Shown piece after piece: positions 11,412 through 21,506 of a stretch of DNA of 64,000 bases. The notes beneath the pieces were generated by a model, which had not been told where the DNA came from, did not search any database, and saw only the letters and a program-made list of their open reading frames with translations. The DNA is taken from positions 248,001 to 312,000 of the forward strand of contig NIVC01000090.1 of NCBI GenBank assembly GCA_002269645.1, given 5' to 3'. A program made the translations under genes and the position numbers. Each line of letters begins with the position of its first letter. Position 1 is the stretch's first letter. The stretch comes from Macrostomum lignano (taxonomy: Eukaryota).

Positions 11412-11639
11412 TCTTGATTCTTGCGAGTTATTAAACAGATGTTCTTTAGTATGCTTTGGGTGAAAATGCACTGAAAAAAGGGTCAATAGTGATATTGAAA
11501 ATAGCGTTAAAATGAAGTTGGAACATAAAGATATTATCTGTTCCTAAGCTCTTTAAACATGGAACGGGAACATATTCTAGTACTTTGTTTCTTTGATTAA
11601 CACTGGCAGCTTGTAGGAAGTGAGGCAGACGTTACGTTA

Positions 11640-12010
11640 AGGTTTTAGAGGCATAGGGCTGTGTGCACCCTGGCGCACTTTAAGCGACATTGTCACACAA
11701 CCGGCGAGAGGCATTACTGCCCCCATTCCGCCGACTCCCCTGAGCAGGTGCACAAGCGCGGGGATACGTACGCAGTCATACGCACAGGCACACACTCACA
11801 GGAGTGTACAGCGGCCCTAACTTTGTTTATCGTTAGGCATGTACACTTCACTGTGCCTTGGGGGTTGGCCCTCAAGCTGGGCGTTAATTGCACGAGCAGA
11901 GCCAAGCCGAGGTTCCAATTTAGCTCCAATATTAATGTGACTGCACTTGGAATCGAGCCTGGGCCGCTGGCACACCAGAGCGCCGCGCTGGACCACTGGG
12001 CTACGTCTCC
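11640..12010 (-). mobile_element. tRNA-derived SINE-like element
   Basis: Minus-strand A box TAGCCCAGTGG (11993-12003) and B-box-like GGCTCGATTCC (11949-11959). The body is shared with 8880-9152. A terminal hairpin ggctgtgtg...cacacaacc lies near 11655-11702. Confidence 0.7.
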
Positions 12011-12702
12011 CAACCAATTGCGTAAATTTTTCTGGCGAAAATTCAAACCTGCAGATATGTTTTGCAACTTAGATGAAACGAGCACAGTATATCGAGGCAT
12101 TTAAACAACTTTTGGGTCAACTTTTGAATGTAGAAGATTAGAACAACAGTTTCTTTTTTAAACTATTAATTTCTACAACGATTGAGACAATTCTTTGCGT
12201 ACGGCTAAAATGAAAAAACCGACAAATTTTTTGCTAGGAAGCAAGCAATCTAAGAAATAGCACAATAATTAGCTACATGGCAACGATCGATGCTAGTTTT
12301 CTTTGTCGGGCTCAAGACGGAATAGGCATGATGCGGCACTTAAATTTCACAGCAGCATAACCAGCTACAGCTTAAAATGATTCAATAAAGCAAGCAGACT
12401 GAAAAAATATGCAAGTGAAATTACGTACCTTTTGAATTCTGGAGACAAAACAAGCAAGCTACCGATATATCACAATGCTATACAACTTGTAAGGATGATG
12501 TTCACAGCTTTCTACTAATTCGGTCTTATATAAGTAACGCCACTAATTAAATATAGAGTAAAAAATCACTGGCATAAAATTGACAGTCTATAACAAACAA
12601 GGATATTAGAACCTACGTTACCTTGAAATAACTATTCAACTTTCGTATGCACACTAAAATGTGTTTCTCAATAAAATTTGAATCGCACAAAACCCTTTCC
12701 AA

Positions 12703-13725
12703 CTACTGCAGCTGCACCCCTCCAGTAGCCACAAACTGCCTCAGCTGGTCCAGCCTCCTCCTGGCGAAGTCGTCCAAGTTGTTGAACCTCTCGAACTCGG
12801 CCACCGCGGCGTCGACGGCTGCGACGTTGCGAGCGTCGGTAGCCGAAACCAGCGACCTCACCAGCGAGAGCTCGTCGGTGTCCTTGAACGAGCCGCACAG
12901 CCCAGCCAGCTGCTCCGCCTTCTCGCCGACTCCCGCAGCTCCTGAGCACAGCAGGCACAGACAGCTCTTGGCCAGCTGGTCCTTGGCTCCGAAGCTCAAC
13001 AGACTGTGCTGCTCAGCTGACACTCCCAGATCCTCAAACACCGCGGCTGCCTCTGCCAGCCTCCCGCAGTCCGCCGTCAACTCCGCGGCCTTGGCGCGGC
13101 TGCCCGCGGCGCTGGCCGGACTGTCCTCGCCGCTCCAGAAGTCCGCCGCTCTCACGTAGACATCGATGGCCTCCTCGACTTGCTGAGATGCAGCCAGCAG
13201 GTCTCCAGCCTCCTCCAGCTGTCTGGCAGCGATGCTGAACTGGCCCTGCTCTGCGTACATCTCGGCCGCTTGCTGCAGGCACCGCACGGCCTTCGGTCTC
13301 GTGTCTGGCAGCTTGCGGTAGCAGTTCGCAGCCTCCGAGTAATTGTTGGCCGCATCGAGCTCGCATCGCCTCTGCTTTGAGAACTGCTCGGCCGCGTTTT
13401 CGAATGCCCTCCCAGCTTCTCTCCAAGTTTTATCGGCTTTGTGTTTGATTCCTTTGGCAACCAAGTTCTCCGCTGTTTCTCCTGTTGCAATTTTCTTGAC
13501 TTGATATAGAAGCCAAAGCATCAATGATGATAGCAGCACTGCTAACCACCATGAGAAAACAACCGAAATTTCATCAGTAGTTGTCGTAGCCCGATGATGT
13601 TCTAGTTCAGTATAGTTGCAGCTCTTTGTTAGATTAGAACTGCCTGATGAAGTATAACGGTAGTAGAGCTGTATGTATATGTGAACACAACTTGCGCTGG
13701 AGTTCTGTAGACGTCCAATTTTCAT
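12703..13725 (-). CDS. alpha-SNAP-like protein copy 5 (group A); short N-glycosylatable ectodomain plus TM
   Basis: ATG at 13725, 2 nt after a CTCACAG acceptor. Sequons NSS, NLT and NYT precede ISVVFSWWLAVLLSSLMLWLLY and the SNAP domain. Confidence 0.87.
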   Translation of the reverse strand: MKIGRLQNSSASCVHIYIQLYYRYTSSGSSNLTKSCNYTELEHHRATTTTDEISVVFSWWLAVLLSSLMLWLLYQVKKIATGETAENLVAKGIKHKADKTWREAGRAFENAAEQFSKQRRCELDAANNYSEAANCYRKLPDTRPKAVRCLQQAAEMYAEQGQFSIAARQLEEAGDLLAASQQVEEAIDVYVRAADFWSGEDSPASAAGSRAKAAELTADCGRLAEAAAVFEDLGVSAEQHSLLSFGAKDQLAKSCLCLLCSGAAGVGEKAEQLAGLCGSFKDTDELSLVRSLVSATDARNVAAVDAAVAEFERFNNLDDFARRRLDQLRQFVATGGVQLQ

Positions 13726-14850
13726 AGCTGTGAGACGCAGGTGGGAGCCGCGGTTTTAAAACAGAAAAATGGGAATGAAAATGGCAATAAAACGTTTTGA
13801 AGTGTTCTTTGATCTACGAGTACACCGACTGATGTTGAATGCTAAAAATGACCTGCTATACACTGAATATAGCTGTCAGCATAGCATCATCACCTTAACA
13901 AATATTCGTTAGATACAGATTCTGTCAAACTACGTAGCTCTAACCACGTGTTCAACTAATTTGTATTCTATTAAATGAGATCTGATAGAGGCGGCATTCT
14001 TATTTATTTTAAATAGAAAAATAAAATAAAGCATCCAGACACGAGTATTAGGGAGACGTGAACTAAAACAGTCTCATTCATTATAATCTACAAAATTTAA
14101 ATAAACAGCTGTCAAACAGGTTTAGTTAGAAACTTATTGTTAAAAATGTCATATTTACGTTTTTAAGCTGGAAGGTTAAAGAGCGCGGTCTATGTAAATT
14201 TGATAACTTGTTAAAATCAGCTGGAAAGTTTTTTAAAAATATTTTTCCACTAAACTTTGACACACGTTTTGTTCTGATGAAACGAATATTTTGAAGTTAA
14301 AAACAGTTTAACATGTCAGCCGGTTGCCTGCAAGACTGCTGGATGTTTCACAATACAAAGCGATGTTTTTACAACAAAGGTTATTTAATATGAAATCAAT
14401 GTCACCATGTAAAACACTTCGAAGTATAACAACACCTGTAGTTTAAAGTCAATACTAATGATAAAAAATATCTGAATTCGGCAAAAAATCAATAAAAAAG
14501 GATTGGAAAATGGATAAAAACCAGTTTACGAGTAAAAAGCAGAATTCCGCGCATTGGAAACTGAGAGATTGATCAATAATTAGTCTGATCCTCATGAAAC
14601 AGGCCGATTCCAGTTTTAATGTTTGTTAAGCAATGGATTACATATTGTGCATCAGATAGATAAAAAATTAAAATAACACACAACTAGGATTAGGACTACA
14701 TACATTTTTTTATTTAAAAAATGAACCTAAGTTATGATCAAAGTTATTTAAAACACGCTAATGTCTGGAAAACATTCACAAAACAGCCTTGCCAATGAAT
14801 AAAAAACAATCCGTCCGTAACTCTCTTCATTCGCCAAAAACCCTTTCCAT

Positions 14851-15810
14851 CTACTGCAGCTGCACCCCGCCAGAAGCCACAAACTGCCTCAGCTGGTGCA
14901 GCCTCCTCCTGGCGAAGTCGTCCAAGTTGTTGAACCTCTCGAACTCGGACACCGCGGCGTCGACGGCTGCGACGTCGCGAGCGTCGGTAGCCGAAGCCAG
15001 CGACCTCACCAGCGAGAGCTCGTCGGTGTCCTTGAACGAGCTGCACAGCCCAGCCAGCTGCTCCGCCTTCTCGCCGACTCCCGCAGCTCCTGAGCACAGC
15101 AGGCACAGACAGCTCTTGGCCAGCTGGTCCTTGGCTCCGAAGCTCAACAGACTGTGCTGCTCAGCCGACACTCCCAGATCCTCAAACACCGCGGCTGCCT
15201 CTGTCAGCCTCCCGCAGTCCGCCATCAACTCCGCGGCCTTGGCGCGGCTGCCCGCAGCGTTGGCCGGACTGTCCTCGCCGCTCCAGAAGTCCGCCGCTCT
15301 CAAGTAGGCACCGATAGCCTCCTCGACTTGCTGAGATGAAGCCAGCAGGTCTCCAGCCTCCTCCAGCTGTCTGGCAGCGATGCTGAACTGGCCCTGCTCT
15401 GCATACATCTCGGCCGCTTGCTGCAGGCACCGCACGGCCTTCGGTCTCGTGACTGGCAGCTTGCGGTAGCAGTTCGCAGCCTCCGAGTAATTGTTGGCCG
15501 CATCGAGCTCGCGTCGCCTCTGCTTTGAGAACTGCTCGGCCGCAGCTTCGAATGGCCGTCCAGCTTCACGCCAGTTTTGATGAAGCTTTAAACGATTTCC
15601 GTCTTGCACAAGCGATAAAGCTGTTCTGTTGCTCTGATCGGATATATTTAGAAGCATGTTCCATACCAATGGTACTATGGTACTATGAAAAAAGGTCCAT
15701 ACCAGCACTAATATGGTTTTTAATTTCTTCAGCAACCAGTAAACCAACAGTACGACCAATTCGCACAGACTTTGAGTTGGCTGAGGTTGGTTTTCAATGA
15801 ATGATTGCAT
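14851..15810 (-). CDS. alpha-SNAP-like protein copy 6 (group A); two N-terminal hydrophobic segments
   Basis: ATG at 15810, 7 nt after a CCCCTTTCAG acceptor. LVVLLVYWLL-KKLK-TILVLVWTFFHSTIVPLVW precedes the SNAP domain. Minus-strand AATAAA near 14708-14716. Confidence 0.88.
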   Translation of the reverse strand: MQSFIENQPQPTQSLCELVVLLVYWLLKKLKTILVLVWTFFHSTIVPLVWNMLLNISDQSNRTALSLVQDGNRLKLHQNWREAGRPFEAAAEQFSKQRRRELDAANNYSEAANCYRKLPVTRPKAVRCLQQAAEMYAEQGQFSIAARQLEEAGDLLASSQQVEEAIGAYLRAADFWSGEDSPANAAGSRAKAAELMADCGRLTEAAAVFEDLGVSAEQHSLLSFGAKDQLAKSCLCLLCSGAAGVGEKAEQLAGLCSSFKDTDELSLVRSLASATDARDVAAVDAAVSEFERFNNLDDFARRRLHQLRQFVASGGVQLQ

Positions 15811-16608
15811 TTTTTGTCTGAAAGGGGAAAAGATGTCACTTTAATTGTTATTAGACAAAAAAGCTGAGCTACGCTAAATAATTACTCTAGATAATAATGA
15901 GGTCTATATTAGTCAGTATATGATAAGCTGGAGACAGAGACCTATACTAAATGTCAAGCAAGTCTTAGTAGCAAGGAAGAGAATTACAAGAGTCTAAAAA
16001 ATATTAAAATATAATTAAAAGCAGAAGAGCGGGTTTCCGAAAAATTGTGCAACAAAATTCACGTAGATACACATATTTCGTTCTAGAACGAAAGTTGTAG
16101 AAATAACAACATAAAAATGAAGTACTTTGTTATAAATTAAAGTCGACACAAATGATTTATTCTTTGTATGTTGTTAACAACGTTTTTGAATAGCTGCATA
16201 CTATTAGTAAATAAAATTCGATAAAACTATTAGCTATACAGGAACTATCGTTAGAATATTTATTTAAAATTTCCGGTCATGAAGGTTCTACGAAATAAAA
16301 AAGTCAGAATGGAATAGCAGTAATACTTACTAAAAATGGTCACCCTAAGCTGCTGATATAGTGTAAATTTTCTCTACTAGATACATAAATTTTTTAAGAT
16401 ACGAGCTAAAGTAAAACATAGCGACACACATATGAGCAAGCAAAGCCGAAAAAAAGAGGTGCAAAAACTTTCCGGATAACCTGCTCAGAAAAAACTACGC
16501 ATGTCTTTTCTTTACTCGTTTTTTAAGATACCTCACCACCACACAACACTTTCAGCCAACAAAAAAGTATAAGTCGGTTCGAATTAAAAAACAGTCAATT
16601 TTTTCTCT

Positions 16609-18291
16609 CTAAGAAAGCTCAACCGTTGAGCTCTGCACGCTTTTACGAGCATCTGTTATCCTGCGCATGTCGAACTCGTCCAATTTTTTGGGAAATTTGA
16701 ACCTCTGGTACTCGGCCACCGCCTTGTCGAAAGCTTCGACACTGATGGCTGCGGCAAGACCTTTGACCAGAGCGAACTCGTCACTTCTAGCGAATGACTC
16801 GCTCTTGGCTGCCAGTTCATCGGCACGTTTTGAGCAGGCTTTAAGATCCATTGCAAGCTGGCACAGACACGACTTGAGCATGTGATCATTGGCTCCGAAC
16901 TGAAGCAGACCGTGGCCTTGAGCCTCTTCACCCAGCTTTGCGAATTCGTTGGCAGCATCACGAAATTGGCCCGAATCGCCAAGCAAAATGGCCAGTTTGG
17001 TTCTACAGCTTGCGGCACTGGCGACACTGTTCTCAGCACTGAAGTGCTCTGCTGCCTTCTGGTAGCGGTTTATGGCTTCTTGCATTGAATTCGCATCGCT
17101 TACGAACTCAAAGCTGCTGAGCTCAGGATCGGAACTGTTCTGAGTATTCCAAGCGGGAAATTTCCTTGCCAATTCCTCAGTCAGCTCACCGGCTGTCTCC
17201 ATCAGTCTGGCTGCAATGCTGAACTGGCCGACTTCGCAGTAAAGTTGAGCTGCTCGCTCAAAGCAGTGAACGGCTTTGGGCTTGTCCGTCTTGCAAAAAC
17301 AGTTGGCAGCACTTTGATAGCAATCCGCCTGCTCGTAAATTGTGCTGCCACCTCGCTGAGAAAATTTCTCTGCAGCTTCTGAGAATGCGTCTCCGGCTTC
17401 GCTCCACTTCTTTTCCAGTTTGAATTTGTTGGCTTTCTGCATCAGCGACTCAGTTGTGTCTTTGTACCAAGTGAAATCAGTTGAAAAATTACTAAACCAT
17501 TTAGATGATTGGTGCCTATCACTTAGATTAGTAGCTTTCGAATCTTCAGTCACTGGTTGCAGACCCTGCTGACCTTCATCGTTTGTTGATTTCTGCCACG
17601 ACAACTTAAAATTATTAGAGCGCCACGTAGAAGCACTACTCAAAACGGACTTTGTTTGCTGAATATAAACTTCAGCCTTTGTTGTTTGATCGTCAGCCTT
17701 TATTGTCCGATAGTCAGATTTTATTGTCTGTTCGTCAGCCTTTGTTGTCTGATCGTCAGCCTTTGTTGTCTGATCGTCAGCCTGTGTTGTTTGATCGTCA
17801 GCCTTTGATGTTTGATCGTCAGCCTGCATCAGCGACTTGGAAGTATCCGCACGAGGTGTCAAAGCTGTACTAACGATTGCAGAGATGTTCCAATTTAAAG
17901 GATTAAAATTACGCAATGGGCCTTCAGGTGTCCTACTAGTGTCTTCATGGCTAGATTCGCGCGAGATTACTCGTAGATTTATGTTTGAACGTTCGCCGCG
18001 TTGCCCTTCTAACGAAGGCGTTCTTCCGCGTAAATGTTGAAAAGCGGCCCATATCAGTCCTTCCAATAGTACTACTACTATTACTAAACTAATGGAGGAA
18101 AAGCTTGCTGCTTCTACTGCTGCTATTACTACTGCTTTTATTACGTCCTTTAGTAAATCTACTACTAACAGCAGTATAGTGAATAATGTGAGTATTGTAA
18201 ATAAATACGGTTTCAATTTCCGCAGCAACCAGTACGCGAACTGTAGATCCAATCGAAACAGCCTCGGAACTCGATCAAATAATGATGGCAT
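16609..18291 (-). CDS. alpha-SNAP-like protein copy 7 (divergent group B); two hydrophobic segments, ADDQTTK repeats, SNAP domain
   Basis: ATG at 18291, 6 nt after a TTTTTTTCAG acceptor. SNAP motifs KANKFKLEKKWSEAGDAF, GQFSIAAR, LLQFGANDH, FARSDEF and LDEF. Stop TAG at 16609-16611. Confidence 0.87.
   Translation of the reverse strand: MPSLFDRVPRLFRLDLQFAYWLLRKLKPYLFTILTLFTILLLVVDLLKDVIKAVVIAAVEAASFSSISLVIVVVLLEGLIWAAFQHLRGRTPSLEGQRGERSNINLRVISRESSHEDTSRTPEGPLRNFNPLNWNISAIVSTALTPRADTSKSLMQADDQTSKADDQTTQADDQTTKADDQTTKADEQTIKSDYRTIKADDQTTKAEVYIQQTKSVLSSASTWRSNNFKLSWQKSTNDEGQQGLQPVTEDSKATNLSDRHQSSKWFSNFSTDFTWYKDTTESLMQKANKFKLEKKWSEAGDAFSEAAEKFSQRGGSTIYEQADCYQSAANCFCKTDKPKAVHCFERAAQLYCEVGQFSIAARLMETAGELTEELARKFPAWNTQNSSDPELSSFEFVSDANSMQEAINRYQKAAEHFSAENSVASAASCRTKLAILLGDSGQFRDAANEFAKLGEEAQGHGLLQFGANDHMLKSCLCQLAMDLKACSKRADELAAKSESFARSDEFALVKGLAAAISVEAFDKAVAEYQRFKFPKKLDEFDMRRITDARKSVQSSTVELS
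17673..17826 (-). repeat. coding 21-bp repeat (~7 x ADDQTTK) in copy 7
   Basis: cagcctttgttgtctgatcgt units, in frame with the ORF. Confidence 0.9.
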
Positions 18292-18436
18292 TTTTGTCTG
18301 AAAAAAAGTGTCAGTTTGAATTGTTGTTAGAAAAATGCTGAGCTTGGCTAAACAGGTAATAACGAGCGCACACGTTCTTAAATTTTAGCTGCTTTTTTTT
18401 ACTAATTTTCGAGCCAGATAATTTTAAAGTAGATTA

Positions 18437-19236
18437 CGAGGGCTGTCTCAAAAGTAGTTTTACTTTTCATGATATCTCTGGTTCTGCTGATCCAAATTTT
18501 GGAGCTAATATCATTTTGCATAGGTTAATAGCGGCGACTCTCTTCTTCCAGTTAACTTTAACATCCTTAAAAGCAGACAATGGAAACAAAAGTTATAAGT
18601 AAAAATGTAGCAGGAGCTCGACCATAGACGTACACTACTTCAACAAGCTAGTGGAAAGTAGCGAAAGTACTTTTGATTGAATGCACTCAGACTTCTTTGT
18701 TAGGCTGCTGTGACAAAGAAATATCTATAAAAAAACTTAAAGAAGAATATAACTTTAAAGCAACAGAATGGGCTGGGCTTGAAACTGGGCTTCAGCTTTA
18801 TTGCTTTTTGTTCCCTCCTTTTGCTGCGCTAAAAGTCCTGGTTGTGCATTCAAGTGTTGTGCAGAGGAGTGTGATATACACCCTTTGGAGCACGGGGCAC
18901 AGTTAGGCCGAGATTCATACTCAACTTTCATCGACTCATGGGTCTATCGCAGTTATTTACTGCAGTCAGTTTGCAGCATTCACAGCAGCCAGTTACCCGT
19001 TTGTCAGCTACCACCTCGAATTTTTGCTAACTTGTTGACTTACTGTAAGTCTATGATCGAGGTCCTGCTACATTTTAGTTTACAACTTTCGTTTCCATTG
19101 TCTGCTTTTAATGATGTTAAAGATAATATAAAGAAGAGAGTCACCACTATAAATCTGTGCAAAATGATGATGTTATTTGGATCAGCAGAACGAGAGATAT
19201 AATGAAAAGTAACATTACTTTTGGGGACAGCCCTCG
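18437..19236. mobile_element. Tc1/mariner-type non-autonomous element with ~200-bp imperfect TIRs
   Basis: TA|CGAGGGCTGTCTCAAAAGTA at the left end and GGGGACAGCCCTCG|TA at the right end. Inverted similarity continues ~200 bp (18437-18640 vs 19030-19236). TA target duplication. Confidence 0.85.
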
Positions 19237-20580
19237 TAGAAACGCCCGAGAGCGAAATGATGGAAGAAAAGGTGTGGAATATTTTGGATTCGACAGCAAG
19301 CTACCGTAGTACGAGCTACAAGCATTCCCTATACCAAAAATGAGTTTTCCCTATCCATCCAACTCTGAAAGTGTTTCGTTAAAGTTGAGATGAGCTTGTT
19401 TCTTATTAACGTTAAACCTTCAGTCGTTTATTGCTTACTAGAATTGATTGGTAGATATTAGATAAATGTTTAAGTTGCGAGTAGCTACTAAGAATTACTA
19501 GAAACTAAACTAATTAAAAGATTATTAACAACATAATTGCATGCTTTCGAAAGATTTTGTAAGCAAATTCACGTAAATATGAAGATGCTTTTTCCTAGAA
19601 CAGTAGCTAGACTCCATAATAATTGCCTAAACTATGAAATAACATCATTAAAACAAAACCCTTTCCGAGAAAATTCAAACCGAAACAAATAATTTATTTT
19701 TTCTATGTTATTAAGAACGTTTTTTGATCACAGGAAGAAAGAAACTATCACGTATGGAAAATGAACTCTTAGCGCTAAAGTACATAAAATACAGAAGAAG
19801 TACAATAAAATTAGCAGATCTTACAGATAGAATATAAAATTTATGCAGTAGTAGATCGACTGGGGTCAAAGGAGTCCAGCTGTCTTTCCAACAGAAAACG
19901 AGTCGTAAGAAACCGTTATGATCCTTGTCTAATTCATGACATAACTCATATAACAATCTGATGCACCCACGGATGACAGACATATGAGGGGCCCTCGCGA
20001 CTATACAAATCCTGAACCTGCTCCTGAATTTTTTATAAAGGCTTACAAAGCATTGTAATCTTAATTTCAAGCAGAAAGTCTCTCAGTAACCCAATCTTCT
20101 TGATAGGAAAAAATCTGCAATTGTTCTGTAAATTCCTACTCTAAATCTTACGAGCCATGTTAGAAAGAAAATAAATTACAAACAGTTAGGGCGTGCTTGT
20201 ACAAACTAATGCAAATAAATTCATCTGAATGTAAATCGTAGCTAAACTTTCAAAATAAAAAAGAAATATTTACGAGCGTAAATGCGTTACTTGAAGAAAT
20301 TCATAAACTTTTGTAATAAAACGTTCGTAGCACCACTTTTTGATCACTTTAAATAAAAAAATACCTACTAATTAATCCATATTGTAAAGGTAAATACATA
20401 CTGTTAAAGTGCTCTTTCGTTAAACAAAAGGCAGAAATTGGATAGCCCTATTTTATGAATTGTTACAGTTTGAGGGGAACATTGAAATTATGATGAAATT
20501 TTCTGTCAGTGGCGCATGTAGGATTTTATTTAGAATTGGCCGCCTTAAACTCTAAGGTCCGCAAATATTTGGGGTCTTAG

Positions 20581-21310
20581 TGGGCACCCCTGTCTCTTGG
20601 TGGCACCCCTGTCTCTTGGTGGCACCCCTGTCTCTTGGTGTCACCCCTGTCTCTTCGTGGCACCCCTGTCTCTTGGTGGCACCCCGGTCTCTTGGTGGCA
20701 CCCCTGTCTCTTGGTGTCACCCCTGTCTCTTGGTGTCACCCCTGTCTCTTGGTGCCACCCCTGTCTCTAGGTGGCACCCCTGTCTCTTGGTGGCACCCCT
20801 GTCTTGGTGCCACCCCTGTCTCTTGGTGGCACCCCTGTCTCTTGGTGTCACTCCTGTCTGTCTCTTGGTGGCACCCCTGTCTCTTGGTGGCACCCCTGTC
20901 TCTTGGTGGCACCCCTGTCTCTTGGTGTCACTCCTGTCTGTCTCTTGGTGGCACCCCTGTCTCTTGGTGTCACTCCTGTCTGTCTCTTGGTGTCACCCCT
21001 GTCTCTTGGTGTCACCCCTGTCTCTTGGTGCCACCCCTGTCTCTTGGTGGCACCCCTGTCTCTTGGTGGCACCCCTGTCTTGGTGCCACCCCTGTCTCTT
21101 GGTGCCACCCCTGTCTCTTGGTGGCACCCCTGTCTCTTGGTGGCACCCCTGTCTTGGTGCCATTCCTGTCTCTTGGTGGCAACCCTGTCTCTTGGTGTCA
21201 CTCCTGTCTATCTCTTGGTGGCACCCCTGTCTCTTGGTGGGCGCCCCTGTCTTTCGGTTGGCGCCCCTGTCTCTTGGTGGGCGCCCCTGTCTTTCGGTTG
21301 GCGCTCCTGT
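20581..21310. repeat. 19-bp minisatellite (gcacccctgtctcttggtg) with variant units
   Basis: gcacccc recurs at 20584, 20603, 20622 and onward. Confidence 0.95.
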
Positions 21311-21506
21311 CTCTTTGTAGGAGACCGTCTGGATGAGTTTCTGGTTTCCTAAAAACACTCTAATGTCTGAAAAACTTTAACAAAACAGCCTTGAATATGA
21401 ACAAAAAACAATCCATCTTGAACTCTCTTTACTCGATGTTAAACAACTATGATAAATATCAGACAAGCAAATTCAAGTTCCAATATCTTCCAAAGAAAAT
21501 TAAAGT

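Noticed and set aside
11945-12010. Possible tRNA gene
   Set aside because: A and B boxes are present, but there is no convincing cloverleaf, and it continues into a body repeated at 8880-9152, so it is treated as a SINE head.
20508-20580. CAGTGGCGCATGTAGG, resembling a MITE TIR before the 19-bp minisatellite
   Set aside because: No matching inverted end or TSD was found.
20580-21358. Several 117-246-aa ORFs on both strands
   Set aside because: Products of the 19-bp minisatellite read in rotating frames.
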